Below are positions 51,100 to 64,000 of a DNA stretch of 64,000 nucleotides, in pieces. Location: positions 209,257,741 to 209,321,740 of the forward strand of contig CM041465.1 of assembly GCA_023213395.1 (NCBI GenBank), in the 5' to 3' direction. Under the pieces are notes generated by a model, which was given only the letters and a program-made list of their open reading frames with translations, ran no database searches and was not told where the DNA came from. The stretch comes from Cycas panzhihuaensis (Eukaryota > Plantae > Cycadophyta). The position numbers and the translations under genes were made by a program. Position 1 is the first letter of the stretch. Each line of letters starts with the position of its first letter.

Positions 51100-54000
51100 T
51101 AAGAGAATTCAAGGCCTTCCTCCTGAAGGCCCATCCTTATCTTCTCAAGCTATTGCTCTCGCCTTACATGAGGGTTACATAACTTTAATCATTAACCTTA
51201 ACACTCTAACTATGCCTCTAGACATTACCAATCCATTTGAGTATGATGAAGAACCACTCTTGAACGAGTTCCCTATGAGAAAGGCATTTAACCCATTTGA
51301 GAATGCATCTTTGGAATAAAATACCATGCCTTTATATAGCCATTATGTGGATCATGTGAGGTCCATCCTCCATAACAAAACATATGGGGCATGTGTGGCA
51401 CGTCCTCCTCCCACTATAGTATATCCCTTTGAGAAAGTTATGGGTATTGCCACCTCAACCTGCGCTTGCTTATACATCACTATCTAGGAGCAAGGAGACC
51501 ATATACCTCTACTTCATCCATCCATATCTGCATCTCAAGGCACCAATGAATAATCATGCTTAGGGTCTTCAAAATACATATTCCATGGCTCAACAATCCA
51601 CTCCTCTATTAGAAACTTCTTAGTTGGGTCCCCAAGGGAGACCTATTCTCCCTACTTATGATGTTGGACCTAGTGCTTATCTCCTACATTGATATACTCC
51701 TCATCCATTACCTAAACATATTCACACATTTATTAGAGGCAACCATCCTTCACAAGATAGACCCTTTACATAGGTTGACCAAATACAAGTTCCTACTACT
51801 CAGTTTCCTATAGCCTTTAAATATCTTCACACACCTATCCCACATTGTCAATCTATCCAAAATTGGTTAATCCCACACAACCTTCCTACATGTTGGGTGT
51901 GGGCTATCAACTCCCATAGTTATATTCCATACAACCATAGCACATCCCCACTTCCTCTCATAACCCAACCCCTATATTTAATTAGTGGGGTTATTCAATC
52001 TTTTAGTTATAGGATATGTACTCCCCACATATCTCATCACTTAGGGAGCTTCATCTTGGAGGGGGCATCCACTCCCCATATTCCCACTGGACCCTACTTT
52101 GGACTTGTGGAGTCTCATCCTCATCCTTCTTATCCTATGTATCCCACTTATGTTGGAGCATCTAGATACCTTACACCTACCCAAATAGTTCCTCAACCAT
52201 CCTTATCTTTAAGGGCTAGAAAGTCATATATATATTATGAAAGAAGTCCCTTTCCATAGGAGATCTTTCTATGCTACCTCCCTTCATACCCAAACTACCT
52301 AATCTCACAGGGGAGTCAACTCAAGACTTAATAACCTATGTGTAGGCCTTTACACTTGCATGTGTTTATTACTTTCCTTATGACTCTGGATAATACAGCT
52401 CTTTCCTAAGACACTTTAAGGCAATGCTTTGTGGTGGTTCTATCAAGTAAAGCTAGGATCCATCTGCTCCCTTTAGCAACCAGTTGACACTTTCATTTGC
52501 TATGTTGATATCACTTACCATTTTAAAACTAGGACCAAAGCCTTTCTCTCCATCAAATAAGGAGCAAAGAAGTCTTCTTGTGTCTTTGTTTGTTACTTTT
52601 AAGGCTTTAGTGCATGCTTCTCATGCCTCCTTAGATAATGATCTCCTCTATAACTTATTCATTGGTGCCTTGAGATGCCATATCTACCTAGAAGTTCTCA
52701 AGTTAATACCTACATATTATGAGGATACAATCAAGAAATGTCATGCTTTTAAGGCCTTTGAAATCTAGTCATAGGTTAAAAAGTTAACTAAACCCCTTAT
52801 CTCTAAGGACAAATCTAGCCCTTCTTTGGATTCAAAATCCTCTTAGGGCGATCGTACATATGATCATTTTAGTTCTACTATTTAGGCCCTTAAAAGGTTA
52901 ATCAACATCAAATTACAAGTTGACTTCCCTCTTGCTCCTTAACTTAAAAGGGAAGCAAGAGTTATCTAATTTACAAAGTAAAAGAAGGGCCAAACCCCTA
53001 ACATGCCCCATCCTAAGAAAGGGCCATGGTACTCCTATCATAAAACTAATACAAATAATTATGAGGATTATAATAAGCTTAAGGCTACACTTTACATTGG
53101 TCAGCTCAATGACAAGCCCATATCTTAACCCAATCAAGACCACTTGATCCATAAAGGCCCATTGCCTAAGCATACTAAGAAAGGTCTTGAAGACAAGGGG
53201 AAGGCCAAATCTTGGGATGTTAATAATGACTCTGACTTAGATATTGATCCCATAAGTAAAAGACCTTCTCCACCCAAACATGACCCTAAGAAGGCTAATA
53301 CTCAAAGTAAACCTCAACTAAGAGAAAGAGAACCTAAAAATACCATTAACATGGTAGAAACTCTTAAAGCTCCTCCATCATCTAAACTCATCAATGAAGA
53401 GCCTTTACCTAAAGCCAAATTATTTGATGTCCTTCCATAGTTACCAATTAGATCCATTCATTTTAGGTCTATCTTGCAATTTAGAAAAGTGGGTTCTTTT
53501 TCTCTTATTAAGGAATTAAAAATCATTTTATCTAGAATCTCAGTCATCAACCTTTTTAAGAGTTGCCCTAATCAAAGATAGCTCCTCCTTGATCCTCTTA
53601 GAGTGCCAAGGCTACCAATTCACCTAATGAACCCAATTTAGTCTTTGATCTCACCACATTACTTATTGACTAAGAAAGAAATCATAATGAAACAACTCTT
53701 TTTCATATTAAGATTATGAGGGAATGTATTAAGATCAAAAGATGCATTGCGGATCAAGGTTCTTTAGACAATGTTATACCTTTACACTTTTTAGAAGATT
53801 TGAAGATCTCAGCTTGTGAACTAGTCAATTGGGTCTATAAGGTTATAGCAAAACCAAAAAACCTAGATTGGTCAAGTTATTCTTCCACTTACTTAAGTAG
53901 GTAATACTATTATGGCTAAGGTCACCATCATTGACTTTGACCTTGAATTCAACGTATTGCTTAGTTAATCATAGATTATCCAAATGTTAGTAGTTTGTTC

Positions 54001-57000
54001 ATCACTCTTCAATGAGCTCAAGTTTATTCATGAGGGTGAGTAAGTTCAAAGTCATTAAGCATAAGAACAAACCCATTTAGAAGTCAGTATCTTTGGTCAA
54101 GACCATCCAAGAAGAGAGAGAATCTTCTATCTTATTTATCTCTTTAGGGTTCAGATAATATTTTAACATGGAATCACGTCTCCACTATAATCAAGAAGAA
54201 ACAAAAGAAGTTCACATGATTACCATTATTTCTACATATAATAATCTTGTTTGTAATCATGTGGAATCAATTAGAATTTCTTCCTTACCTATGGACTCCC
54301 CACTCATGCCACATCCCAATTGGGCGTGAGGTCATAGTCTGATTTACTTACTTAACTTGACTAAAGCCTCTCTATCTAAATGGCCCTTTCACAATAGATT
54401 ACTACCCTCATTGACACCATTCCCCTCCTTGCTCTTATCGCAGGAGCCAACCACCTTTGACCAACCTTTTCTTTCTTCTCCTCGTGAAGGAAGCTTAATT
54501 CCTAAGGATGTCTTCCACCTTGACCATCTTGAGAATGATGAGGCTATTCTTGAACATATGGTGGGAGTTTCACTAAATCTTCTACCCAATCACCATAAGC
54601 TTAGTTTCTTCAAATATATTCAACTTAAGTCATCTTTAGTAAATCAAGATCAAAATGTACCTACATCTACTCTGCTACTTAACCCAACCGCACCTCACTT
54701 CGAGGAGGGAAATTCCATGCTTATGGAAGACACTATTGATATCAAGCTTAGGATTAATGAGAAACATAGAATAATTAAGGTAGGAGCTAGTTGTTTCTCC
54801 TTTGAGATTCAATAGTTGAAATATCTCTTTATTGAATTCTCTTCTATCTTCACATGGGACTACAATGATATGAAAGGCTTGCATTTGATATTGTAATTCA
54901 CAATATTACCACCATCCCCAAGGCCAAACCCAAGCATAAAAAATAAAGGCCCGTTCATCCTCAATTTTTCACTACCATCAAGTAAGAAGTTAAAAAACTC
55001 CTAAAGGTTGATTTCATTGAGAAAATAGACTACTCCTAATGGGTGTCTAACATTATTCCCATCACAAAGAAAAATATATCCATTTGCATCTATATTAACT
55101 TTTATGATATTAATGACTATTGTCTGAAGGACAACTTTGTTCTACCCTTTATTGATCAAATTTAGGACCAAACAACTAGATTTAAAGTAGCATCCTTCAT
55201 AGATGGCTTCTCTAGCTATAATTATATTTTTGCATCTCTCAAAGACTACCATGAAAATACTTTTCCCATCCCTTATGGAGCATTCACTTATAAAATCATG
55301 CCTTTAAGCCTAAAGAATGTTGGGGCTACTTACTAATGGGCTATGGTTTTTTCTTTCATGACTTGTTAGGAATTACTGTCATAATCTACTTTGATGATAT
55401 GTTGGGATTGTTGTGTCATTAAGAGAATTACATCCCTGATCTAAAAAGCATTTTTAAACATTGTCAAAAGTATCAACTTTATGCAAATGCCAACAAGTGT
55501 GTTTTTATAGTCACCTCTAGTAAGATGCTTGAAAATAATGTATCAAGAGATCATATCAAGATTGAACCCAATAAGGTCTTAGTTATTTGTGAAATGCCTC
55601 TACTTCACAACTAAAAATGAGTCAAATCCTTCCTTGGAAGGCCTAGGTTCTTGTTCCAGTTTCTTATTGACTTTGCTCTTAATACCAAAACCCTTACCAA
55701 CCTCCTTAAAAAGAGTGCCTCTCTTGCATGGACTTCATCCATGTAAGAATCCTTTAATAAACTTAAATAAGCCCTAATCTCAACCCCCACACTCGCCCCA
55801 CCATGCTTAGATAAATCTTTCATTCTATACACCTCTTTTACTAAAAGGTGTTTTAGAGTTATGTTAGCTCAAGAATATAAGTTTGGGTGTGAGAGAGTTA
55901 TTTATTTCATTAGTTACACTTTGGTTACTACAAAATTAAATTATACTTCATCTAAAAAAGAATGTTTAGCACTAGTGTTTGCAACCAAAAAGCTGCGTCA
56001 TTATCTACTAGGTAATACCACCCTTATCATTATACAATTAGACTCAGTCTGCCTTCTACTCATCAAAACTGATCTTACTATGTGGGTAGGTAAGTGGCCC
56101 TTACTATTACAAGAATTTATCTTATTAATGTTTCATATTAAGTCAAAGAAAAGGGTGGTGGTTGTCAAACAACTTGCTACAGCACCACTTCCTAATGATG
56201 ATCATGTTATCATTAATAACACTCTCCTAAATAAATACATTTTCCAAGTCAATGTTATTCCTAATAAATTAGACTGCTATAAAGACATCTGAACCTACTT
56301 GTAGGATCAACATATCCTCTAGATTCCACTTCCAAAACGAGGAAATGAGTGACAATAACTACTTGACAGTATCTCCTCCTTGATGAAGTATTATACAAGT
56401 GCTCCTTTGACGGTGTTTATTGCGACGTCTCTCACCTCAAGAAGGCCAAACTACCTTGTCAAAGTGTCATGATGGTATTTTTGGTGACCACTTTGATGGC
56501 TAGTCTATTGTATTATGCATCTTATAGATGGGTTATTATTAGCCTATCCTATTTAAAGATGTACATTTCTATGTATAAAAATGTGAGAAGTGTTAAGCAC
56601 ACTCCCCCTTAATCCATTAATTGGTTACTCCATTAAGAGACATTCTTTCTCCATGGCCATTTTCCTAATGGGGTCTTAACCCCATCAAGCAAATTTACCC
56701 TCCATCTTCTTCTAGTCACAAATTTATGCTGACCACCATTAAGTATTTTACAAATTAGAGTGAAGAAGTTCCATTGAGCACCATAACTAGGACGGTGATC
56801 ACTACCTTTATCTTTCAACAAATCATTTATAAATTTGTAGTCTTAGATGTCATTATCACAGATAGTAAGACTCCATTTTATAACTCCTACATGGATGAGT
56901 TATATGACAAGTTCTAGATCACTCATAAGACATCATCCCCATACCACCCATAAGCAAACAAACAAATTAAATCCTTTAATAAAATGCTAGCTAAAATTCC

Positions 57001-57500
57001 AACCAAACTTCTCATTAGGATTGGTATACTCAACTCTTTCCTACCTTATGGGCCTACTACACTTATATATGAATTGTAATAAATATGACCCATTTTCTAT
57101 TAATCTACTGTACTAAAGTCATCCTCCAATGAGTATCACTTAAGTACCTTACTAATGAGAAATGGCTAAGGCAAGTAAGACTATTAGAACTTGAAAAGAT
57201 AGACAAGATTCATCTTGAAGCTTATCATAATAACTTAACCTCTAAGATCTAAGCTCAAGTAGCTCATCATAGATATTTGAGGCCAAGAAAAAATCATGTA
57301 GGAGATAAAATGCTCAAGTTGGAATATCTTCATAACAATTAAAGAAAGTTTGACTTCAAGTAGATAGATCCCTACTCGGTGGTCGAAGACCTTGATAATC
57401 AAGCTTATCACTTGGCCACTCCTTAGGGCCTCAAACTATAAAAAGCTATTAATTCTTAATATATATGGAAGTGTTATGCATAATCAAGCAAGGTGTTACT
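51100..57500 (+). pseudogene. Gypsy element N (non-chromovirus, Tat/Ogre-like, same family as E): decayed gag-PR-RT-RH-IN
   Basis: Gag remnant 52280-52770, ADQGS protease motif, SFIDGFSSYN, RNase H ORF 55861-56292 (ECLALVFATKKLRHYLL), integrase zinc finger and core. LTRs could not be delimited. Confidence 0.85.
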
Positions 57501-59688
57501 CCAAAATGAGTGTAAACTACCCATGCTCTACAAATGAGCCTCAACTATATCCATCTCCCCTCAACTTTAATGCTTAAGAGGCATTATACCCATTTACCCT
57601 TATATAGGACATGGGTCTCCTTACTCTAAAAATGAGCATAAACTATAGGTACATGTCATTTTTTTAAAAATATAAAAATAATAATAAATTCATAAAATAG
57701 CAAAAATAAGTTTGATTTTAGCCCTTTTACTGCCTTGTTCATAGTTTTGGACATCCTAAGGCCTTCTCTTTCCCCAAGTTGATCTAATGTGATGGTTTTT
57801 AGTTATGAGTCCAAGAAGCTAGCTTCCTCATTTGGTGCTACATCTCATCTAAGCAGTCCCTTGTACCAGCAAGCTAGACAAATATCCTTTTAGTCCACCA
57901 ATGCTCACCCTTATTTTTCTTTCCTAATTTATTTACTTAAGGAAATGATTTCCTTCTTATTTCTTTAATAGTTAAAAGTATTCCAACCATAGATCACTTC
58001 ATAAATGACTTTATTCCTAGTGAATTATTATAAGCACACATTCACCTTACTATTAGCTTTACCTCCATCTAGTTATCCTTAAGCTCTCAAGTTGCTTGCT
58101 TTCCCTCACATTAGTTACATTTCAATTAGCCTTCAGTTTTCTTCTTTCTCTTCTAGTACAATATATGACTAATGTTCTTGTAAGCCCCTTTAGGTACACC
58201 TTTCTTACTTCCCCATGGTTAGTTATTCAAGACTTCCTCTTCCATAATTTGAGACACTTTGATTGAACTTTTGGTAAATACCCATGGTTCATGCTTTGGG
58301 AGCATGATCTCAATCTATTTGTTGGCCACACTTCTTTCAGTGAGTGCTTATTGAAGCATCTCAATCTTAATATCCCATGGTTTGGCTAGTCACAATTATA
58401 CTTTTTAAATCCATCTATAATCACCACCCACCTTGTCTCAATGAAAATCGTATGATGATCATAATCAACCTATCCCCCTAAGTAGATATAAGGGTAAGTG
58501 AGGTGCATCATCTAGAAAATAGGTTCAATGATGCTAGGTTCACTATGAACCTCATTTGAACCACCTATGGAGTAATACCCTCTCCTAGAGGGAAAAAAGA
58601 AAAGAAAAAATAAAAAAAAGTTTTATAGATGTATATAGATATTCTCACCTTCTTAGTATTTAGGGTAAGTTTCATGTTAACTTTGTCCCCATCTACAAAT
58701 ACATAATTTAGGTCCAATTGCATGCATCATTTAGGAGCTTCAGATGTAGTTGTTTAGGCCCACTATAACCTCAATTATGATTGGAACCTGCTCTACACTT
58801 GGGAGGTTCTAAATGTTGGTTTTGGAAAGTGTAGTTATAGTAATAAAATTTTACCATATAGGGTTATTTCTATTCATAATTATATAGTTGAAGTCAACTT
58901 GTTTAGTCTAAGTCATGCCCTTAATAAGTGATTCCCATATCCTCCCTTTATTCATTAGCTTGTTTCTAAGTTTTTATTTTTCTCCCATATGGCATTATTC
59001 ATTAGCTTCTAGAAATCTCATGTCTAAGGGAAACATGCCACATTGCCTCAAACATAACCACCTTAGGCTCAAACTCCTAAGTTTTGTGCCCCGATTCAAA
59101 ATGCTAGTAGTCGTGCCACCTCTATTAATACTTCTTAGTCGCAAACCTAGAGATTACAATTGGTGAAGCAACCTCTTATCCCCACTTACGCATGCAATCT
59201 AGAAAACTCTAAGATCATTAGTACCCATAAACACCTAGATCATCAAAAGGCATGCCTAAGCATACAACCAATCCTAAAAAGACTATTTGTCATTGTAGAG
59301 TTTCTCAGCACTCTTCTCTAACATCAAAAAACTCCTTTCCACATACATAAAAGATTTGAGTCCAATGGGGAGAGTGGGCTAGTAATCATCATTGACCCAT
59401 CTCAACTAGTCTTACATTATTTAACTAACACCAGTGAACACGATGTCTAAGATGTCCAATAGATCTTTTGATCTTGGACCATTAGATTTTAAAATACAAA
59501 TATTATCATTGGCCATATCCATCTACCCCTGTCTCTACCATAACCAAAGATAGTAATTATCCACTATGTTCCTAACTTTTTTACCATATCAAGAACCCTC
59601 CTTAACACATATGCATTATGTGTGTAATCCATAATTAAAACAAATGCTTGCTCCTTATCTATTAACTTACATATTTTAAGGACTATAT

Positions 59689-60870
59689 TGTTAACACATA
59701 ATATTTAATAAGTATGGTATACACATACACTTCCCACCATTCTCATACATCAAGATATGTGAGATGCATATATATCCATGTTATCCCTTCATTGGATGAT
59801 ATAAAAGCTCGTTATATTTGATAGGCTATTCATGAGATGACATCACTATATATATGTACACTCACCACTTGGCAAAGGAGAGAGGAGAAGGATATAAACC
59901 TTATAATCATAAGTGGATTCCTAACCCTACCTTTTCCTGTGGTTTTTCCCACAATGGATTTTCCATGTATACATCTTAGTGTCCATCTTATGGTGATGCT
60001 TATGCTTGATGATGCATATTTTATTTTAGATTCATGTTAATTAATTCACTGTGTACACACTCACGAGCTTATACTTCACCATTATTATCGTATCTTTTAT
60101 GTTATGGAATTAGAGCTAATCTCAATATTCCACACATTTATTTTATCATGGTATTAGAGTAATTCTACTATGTAATTTCACATGGTATCAGAGCTATGGT
60201 TTTAAGATCTTGTGCAGTAGAAGCCTGTCTAGCCTATCATAGGAACCAGATATGAGGTATTTTTTGATGAAACAAAAGTATGCATATTCTAGTGTTATAC
60301 ATGACAGATTACATAGTAGAAGGAGCTAGTTAAAGCCATATATAAGATAGATATAGTAGATACTAATGGTATGTTTATATGTGATTTTCTTGTAGACATT
60401 CATTTACATATGTTGGGCCCTATATACATGTAACATCCAGGTATTCACAGTAATCCATAAGATATTATATTTAGTCCATAAGTGAAGACTTTTACGAGTG
60501 TCCATTAATAGAATCACTATCACTCATGGACTATTTTAGAGGTAATTGTGAGTGTCTAACAATAAGATTTATTGCCTAAATATAGCATTTATTTTATCAG
60601 TCAGATCAATAGGTAATAGGCCTGTACAATAATATGTTGATGGGTGTTTTAATGATAGCGTGAAAGGTATGAGGCATGTAATAATTACACTAAATTATAT
60701 GTTTATGAGGGTAAATTTTTATTACAGCATATGGATAATTTACATATACATTATTTATGAGGGTATGACTACCTAGTTGTTATGATGGAATGTCAAATCC
60801 TAGATGATAGCATGAAAATAATAATAATAATATGGACATGAAATATTAAAGGAATATGTTGAATATGTAC

Positions 60871-60912
<42 letters not shown>

Positions 60913-63692
60913 GTATATGACACATATATGAAGAAATTTCATTTGGGTTGATAGATATATTATTGATGGTGATAGATTTATTGGATTATTAAGTTGAAAA
61001 TAGAGATCCCTGTCAATAGCTACCTCTCATATATAAAGATATCACATGATGGCAGGTCTAAGTGGATAATCCCAACCTGTAGAGGTTGTCAACATCATAT
61101 CAGTTACTATTAAATGGAACACGTCTATTATCCTTGCCACATTAGAATGGAACCTACAATGTAGAGATCATGGCCATAAGAAAGAAATGCATGCCATCAC
61201 ATACTGTCGAATGCCCCTGCATATCACATGATGCAATAGGAGGAGTATATTCAAATCTACCCCTTTATATTATATATATACTCATTGAGCATATGATAGC
61301 CAGAGGTGAAACCCTATATAAGCATGGTTAGACACCTCATGCCCTTCTACCATAGCCAAGATGAACATAAACGATGGATTTATTTACAATAACCCCTTTA
61401 TCACGTACCCTACCAGAGAATAGTGCTTGCCTTAAATGCAAATCACACTAGGAGAGATGATTAGAAAATCCTCATTGCCCAACTACTCAAGCCATACCAC
61501 ACCCAAATGAAGAAGTCACCTGACATAACCCCAAACTGCCCTTGAATCAATGATGGAATGCCCTTACTCGTAGTCGTAGATAAAATCTACTTAAAATCAC
61601 CCATCATGGATTTGTATATGAAGTAATGCTTAAGAAATACAATAGTTACTTGCACATATAGACGCTCGATTGAATTACCAAACTCTTGTCACATATTTCC
61701 CTCACTGAGTCACAGTCACAGATCATACATAGTCCATGTACAAAGAAAGGAGCTCACACTCGACTAAGTATCGATCAAAACCTGGACACAAATCGATCAT
61801 TTTTAAGAAAACTTTGAGATGCATTTGACCTATAGAGATGAACAGATTACGTAGATGAATTTGAAATGATAAATTTTTTAAATCCTTAAAAAGTTTTACA
61901 AAGCTTATAATTAAGTTTATCTGATTACATAATGATTTTGGATTCGCCTGAGCCCCTATGGATCGATAGGTGGTTATATGGTAAATCCATATGACCAATC
62001 ATTAAACTTCAAAGGATTTGATATTATTTTTAAAAGATTTTTAATTTTTTTCATGGGTCATTGGTACATTTTACTGTATATCTTCTCACTCGTTTATTAG
62101 ATTAGCCGTCATCTATAGTGTTGGAAAGAAGACTTTGAGATGGTTGCAACAAATGGTCATAAGATATGTTTTAGACAATAGAAGATAGAAAAAAATTTAG
62201 GATAAAGTTAATATAATAGCTTCAAACCTCATGTAGGAAGAATTCCATATCCATTTTTAAGAAACTTTCAATTAATTCTAGTTTTTTCTATGGCTCTAAA
62301 CATGATGGTAAACTTGTTTTCTGAGTAATGGTGGATGAAAAGTAAAGTTTGGTTTAAAATCAAGCATTTTAAGGCACATTTATGATATTTTGAGGCCTAT
62401 TTTAGTTGAAAAAATTCATTAAATGAGAAACATTTAATGAATTTATGACATGAGATATCCTTGATATGCTAGTTTCTCATTTCCCCCTTCGCAATATCAC
62501 ATTTAGTTTAATGGATGGCAAAACCCTTAACTAAACATATAGATCACCTAGTTATTGAATGATTTTTTATGATCCACCTATTTTTGGCATACCACACTAG
62601 TTGTCGATGTTATCTAGCTAGATGTTGAGTGTAATTTATCTTGTTATAGTTAACTTGCCTTGGCTAAGTAGTTTGACTTATTCTTGGAGTTCGTTATTTA
62701 AGATGTGATTTAGTTGTTGACTTGATCTAGTTGATGCTACACTTACACAACATACTTAATTGTGTTATTCCTATAAGTAATTTACAATGATGATATACCA
62801 TGTATTTGAAGTAATTTCCTAGTGAACTAGTGATTACAATGGCTAGTTAGCCATGTATTTCGGTTGATGGTCATTATTTTATATGGACTCAAATATCACT
62901 TTGCTTAGTTATTGATTTGATGGTTAACAAAATGTTGATCATCCAACTTAATATTGATTGAAAGTAGCCATATAGGTGAAGATATGAAGATGTTCACAAA
63001 ACACTTCATATAAGTTGGTTTTATATAGGTTAATGCTTTCTACATATAAGTGTCTAGTTACAGGTTATTTATAGGTGATACTGCATATAGGATACAGTTA
63101 CAGTTTACAGGTTCCATCATATAGGTTGAAGACATGAAGATTTGAAGACTTGAGATTAGGTATGATAACATTAAACATTATGGTGGGATGTTAAAACATA
63201 ATGTTTAATATATATAGTGTACACATACACTTCCCACCATTCTCATACATTGAGATATGTGAGATGCACACATATCCATATTATTCCTTTATTAGATTAT
63301 ATAAAAGCTCGTTATATTTAATAGGCTACTCATGAGGTGATCTTACTATATATATGTACACTCACCATTTAAGAACTTGACAAAGGAGAGAGAATAAAGA
63401 TGTAAACCTTATGATCATAAGTAGAGTCTTAATTCCACCTTCTCTCATGGTTTTTTCCACAATGGGTTTTCTACGTATACATCTTGATGTCCATCTTGTG
63501 GTAATGCTTATGCTTGATGATGCATGTTTTATTTTACATTCATGTTGATTAATTTACTATGTGTACATACTCATGAGTTTATACTTCTCTATTATCATTA
63601 TATCTTTTATATTATGGAATTAAAGCTAATTTTAATATTCTACATACATATTTTATCATGGTATTTAAGCAATTCTGCTATGTAATTTCACA
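59689..63692 (+). mobile_element. Non-coding LTR element O (LARD-like, 4.0 kb)
   Basis: About 500-bp LTRs at 59689-60182 and 63189-63692, perfect PBS at 60183-60194, weak PPT atggtggga, TSD tatat/tataa; no gag/pol motifs recognised. Confidence 0.9.
60876..60907. repeat. (TA)n microsatellite
   Basis: Directly visible. Confidence 0.95.
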
Positions 63693-64000
63693 TATAATAA
63701 CTTCCTCAAATCGCTTAACTATATCATCTAATGGTGTATAAAGAATATAAACAACAATAATAATGGGTGACAAATATTCATCCTGTTAAAACCTACATAG
63801 TCATCCATCCCTAACACCTTGGGGCTAGAATTTAACTTAGCCTAAGCTTCAATCCATATAACCATAACATATTCTATCTTCTCAAAGTATGAATATATTT
63901 TCCATGGTTATCTTTTCCCTATGTTGACAACTTAATGTAATGTAGAATAGAGAATAATTGACTAGATGAATAGGTTATACTTTTTCTTCAAATAAATAAA

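Noticed and set aside
1-64000. Host protein-coding genes, tRNA/rRNA genes or prokaryotic systems
   Set aside because: All recognisable coding motifs are retroelement-derived, and tRNA complementarity is limited to 12-nt PBS motifs. The window could still lie inside a giant intron, which cannot be seen from here.

Overview
No host gene is recognisable in this window. It is AT-rich, CpG-depleted, retrotransposon-saturated DNA of the kind found in very large plant genomes (gymnosperm-like is an inference, not demonstrated). I reconstructed it by eye from paired LTRs, tRNA-iMet primer-binding sites (PBS, tggtatcagagc), polypurine tracts (PPT), 5-bp target-site duplications (TSD) and reading frames that rejoin across insertions. 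An old non-chromoviral Gypsy (E) is split by a minus-strand Copia (D, 1367-40228, TSD agata) that has been inflated to about 38.9 kb by nested elements. Inside D: gag-only element C contains Copia A (itself carrying a truncated element) and Copia B; gag-only element F contains solo LTR I and the RT-deleted Copia J, whose LTR contains non-coding element K; and a 304-bp TRIM (G) contains a full-length chromovirus (H). Nesting reaches five levels. Downstream are a tandem triplication of the RT N-terminus of E, chromovirus remnants (L), a near-perfect 700-bp fold-back inverted repeat, a decayed Gypsy of the E family (N) and a non-coding LTR element (O) whose LTR carries stacked relic PBSs. All gag/pol frames are pseudogenised. 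Divergence values are hand counts and approximate. The most unusual observations are the stacked PBSs in O, the recurring 'gag + acidic linker + RNase H tail' elements, the young hairpin and the TRIM/chromovirus composite.
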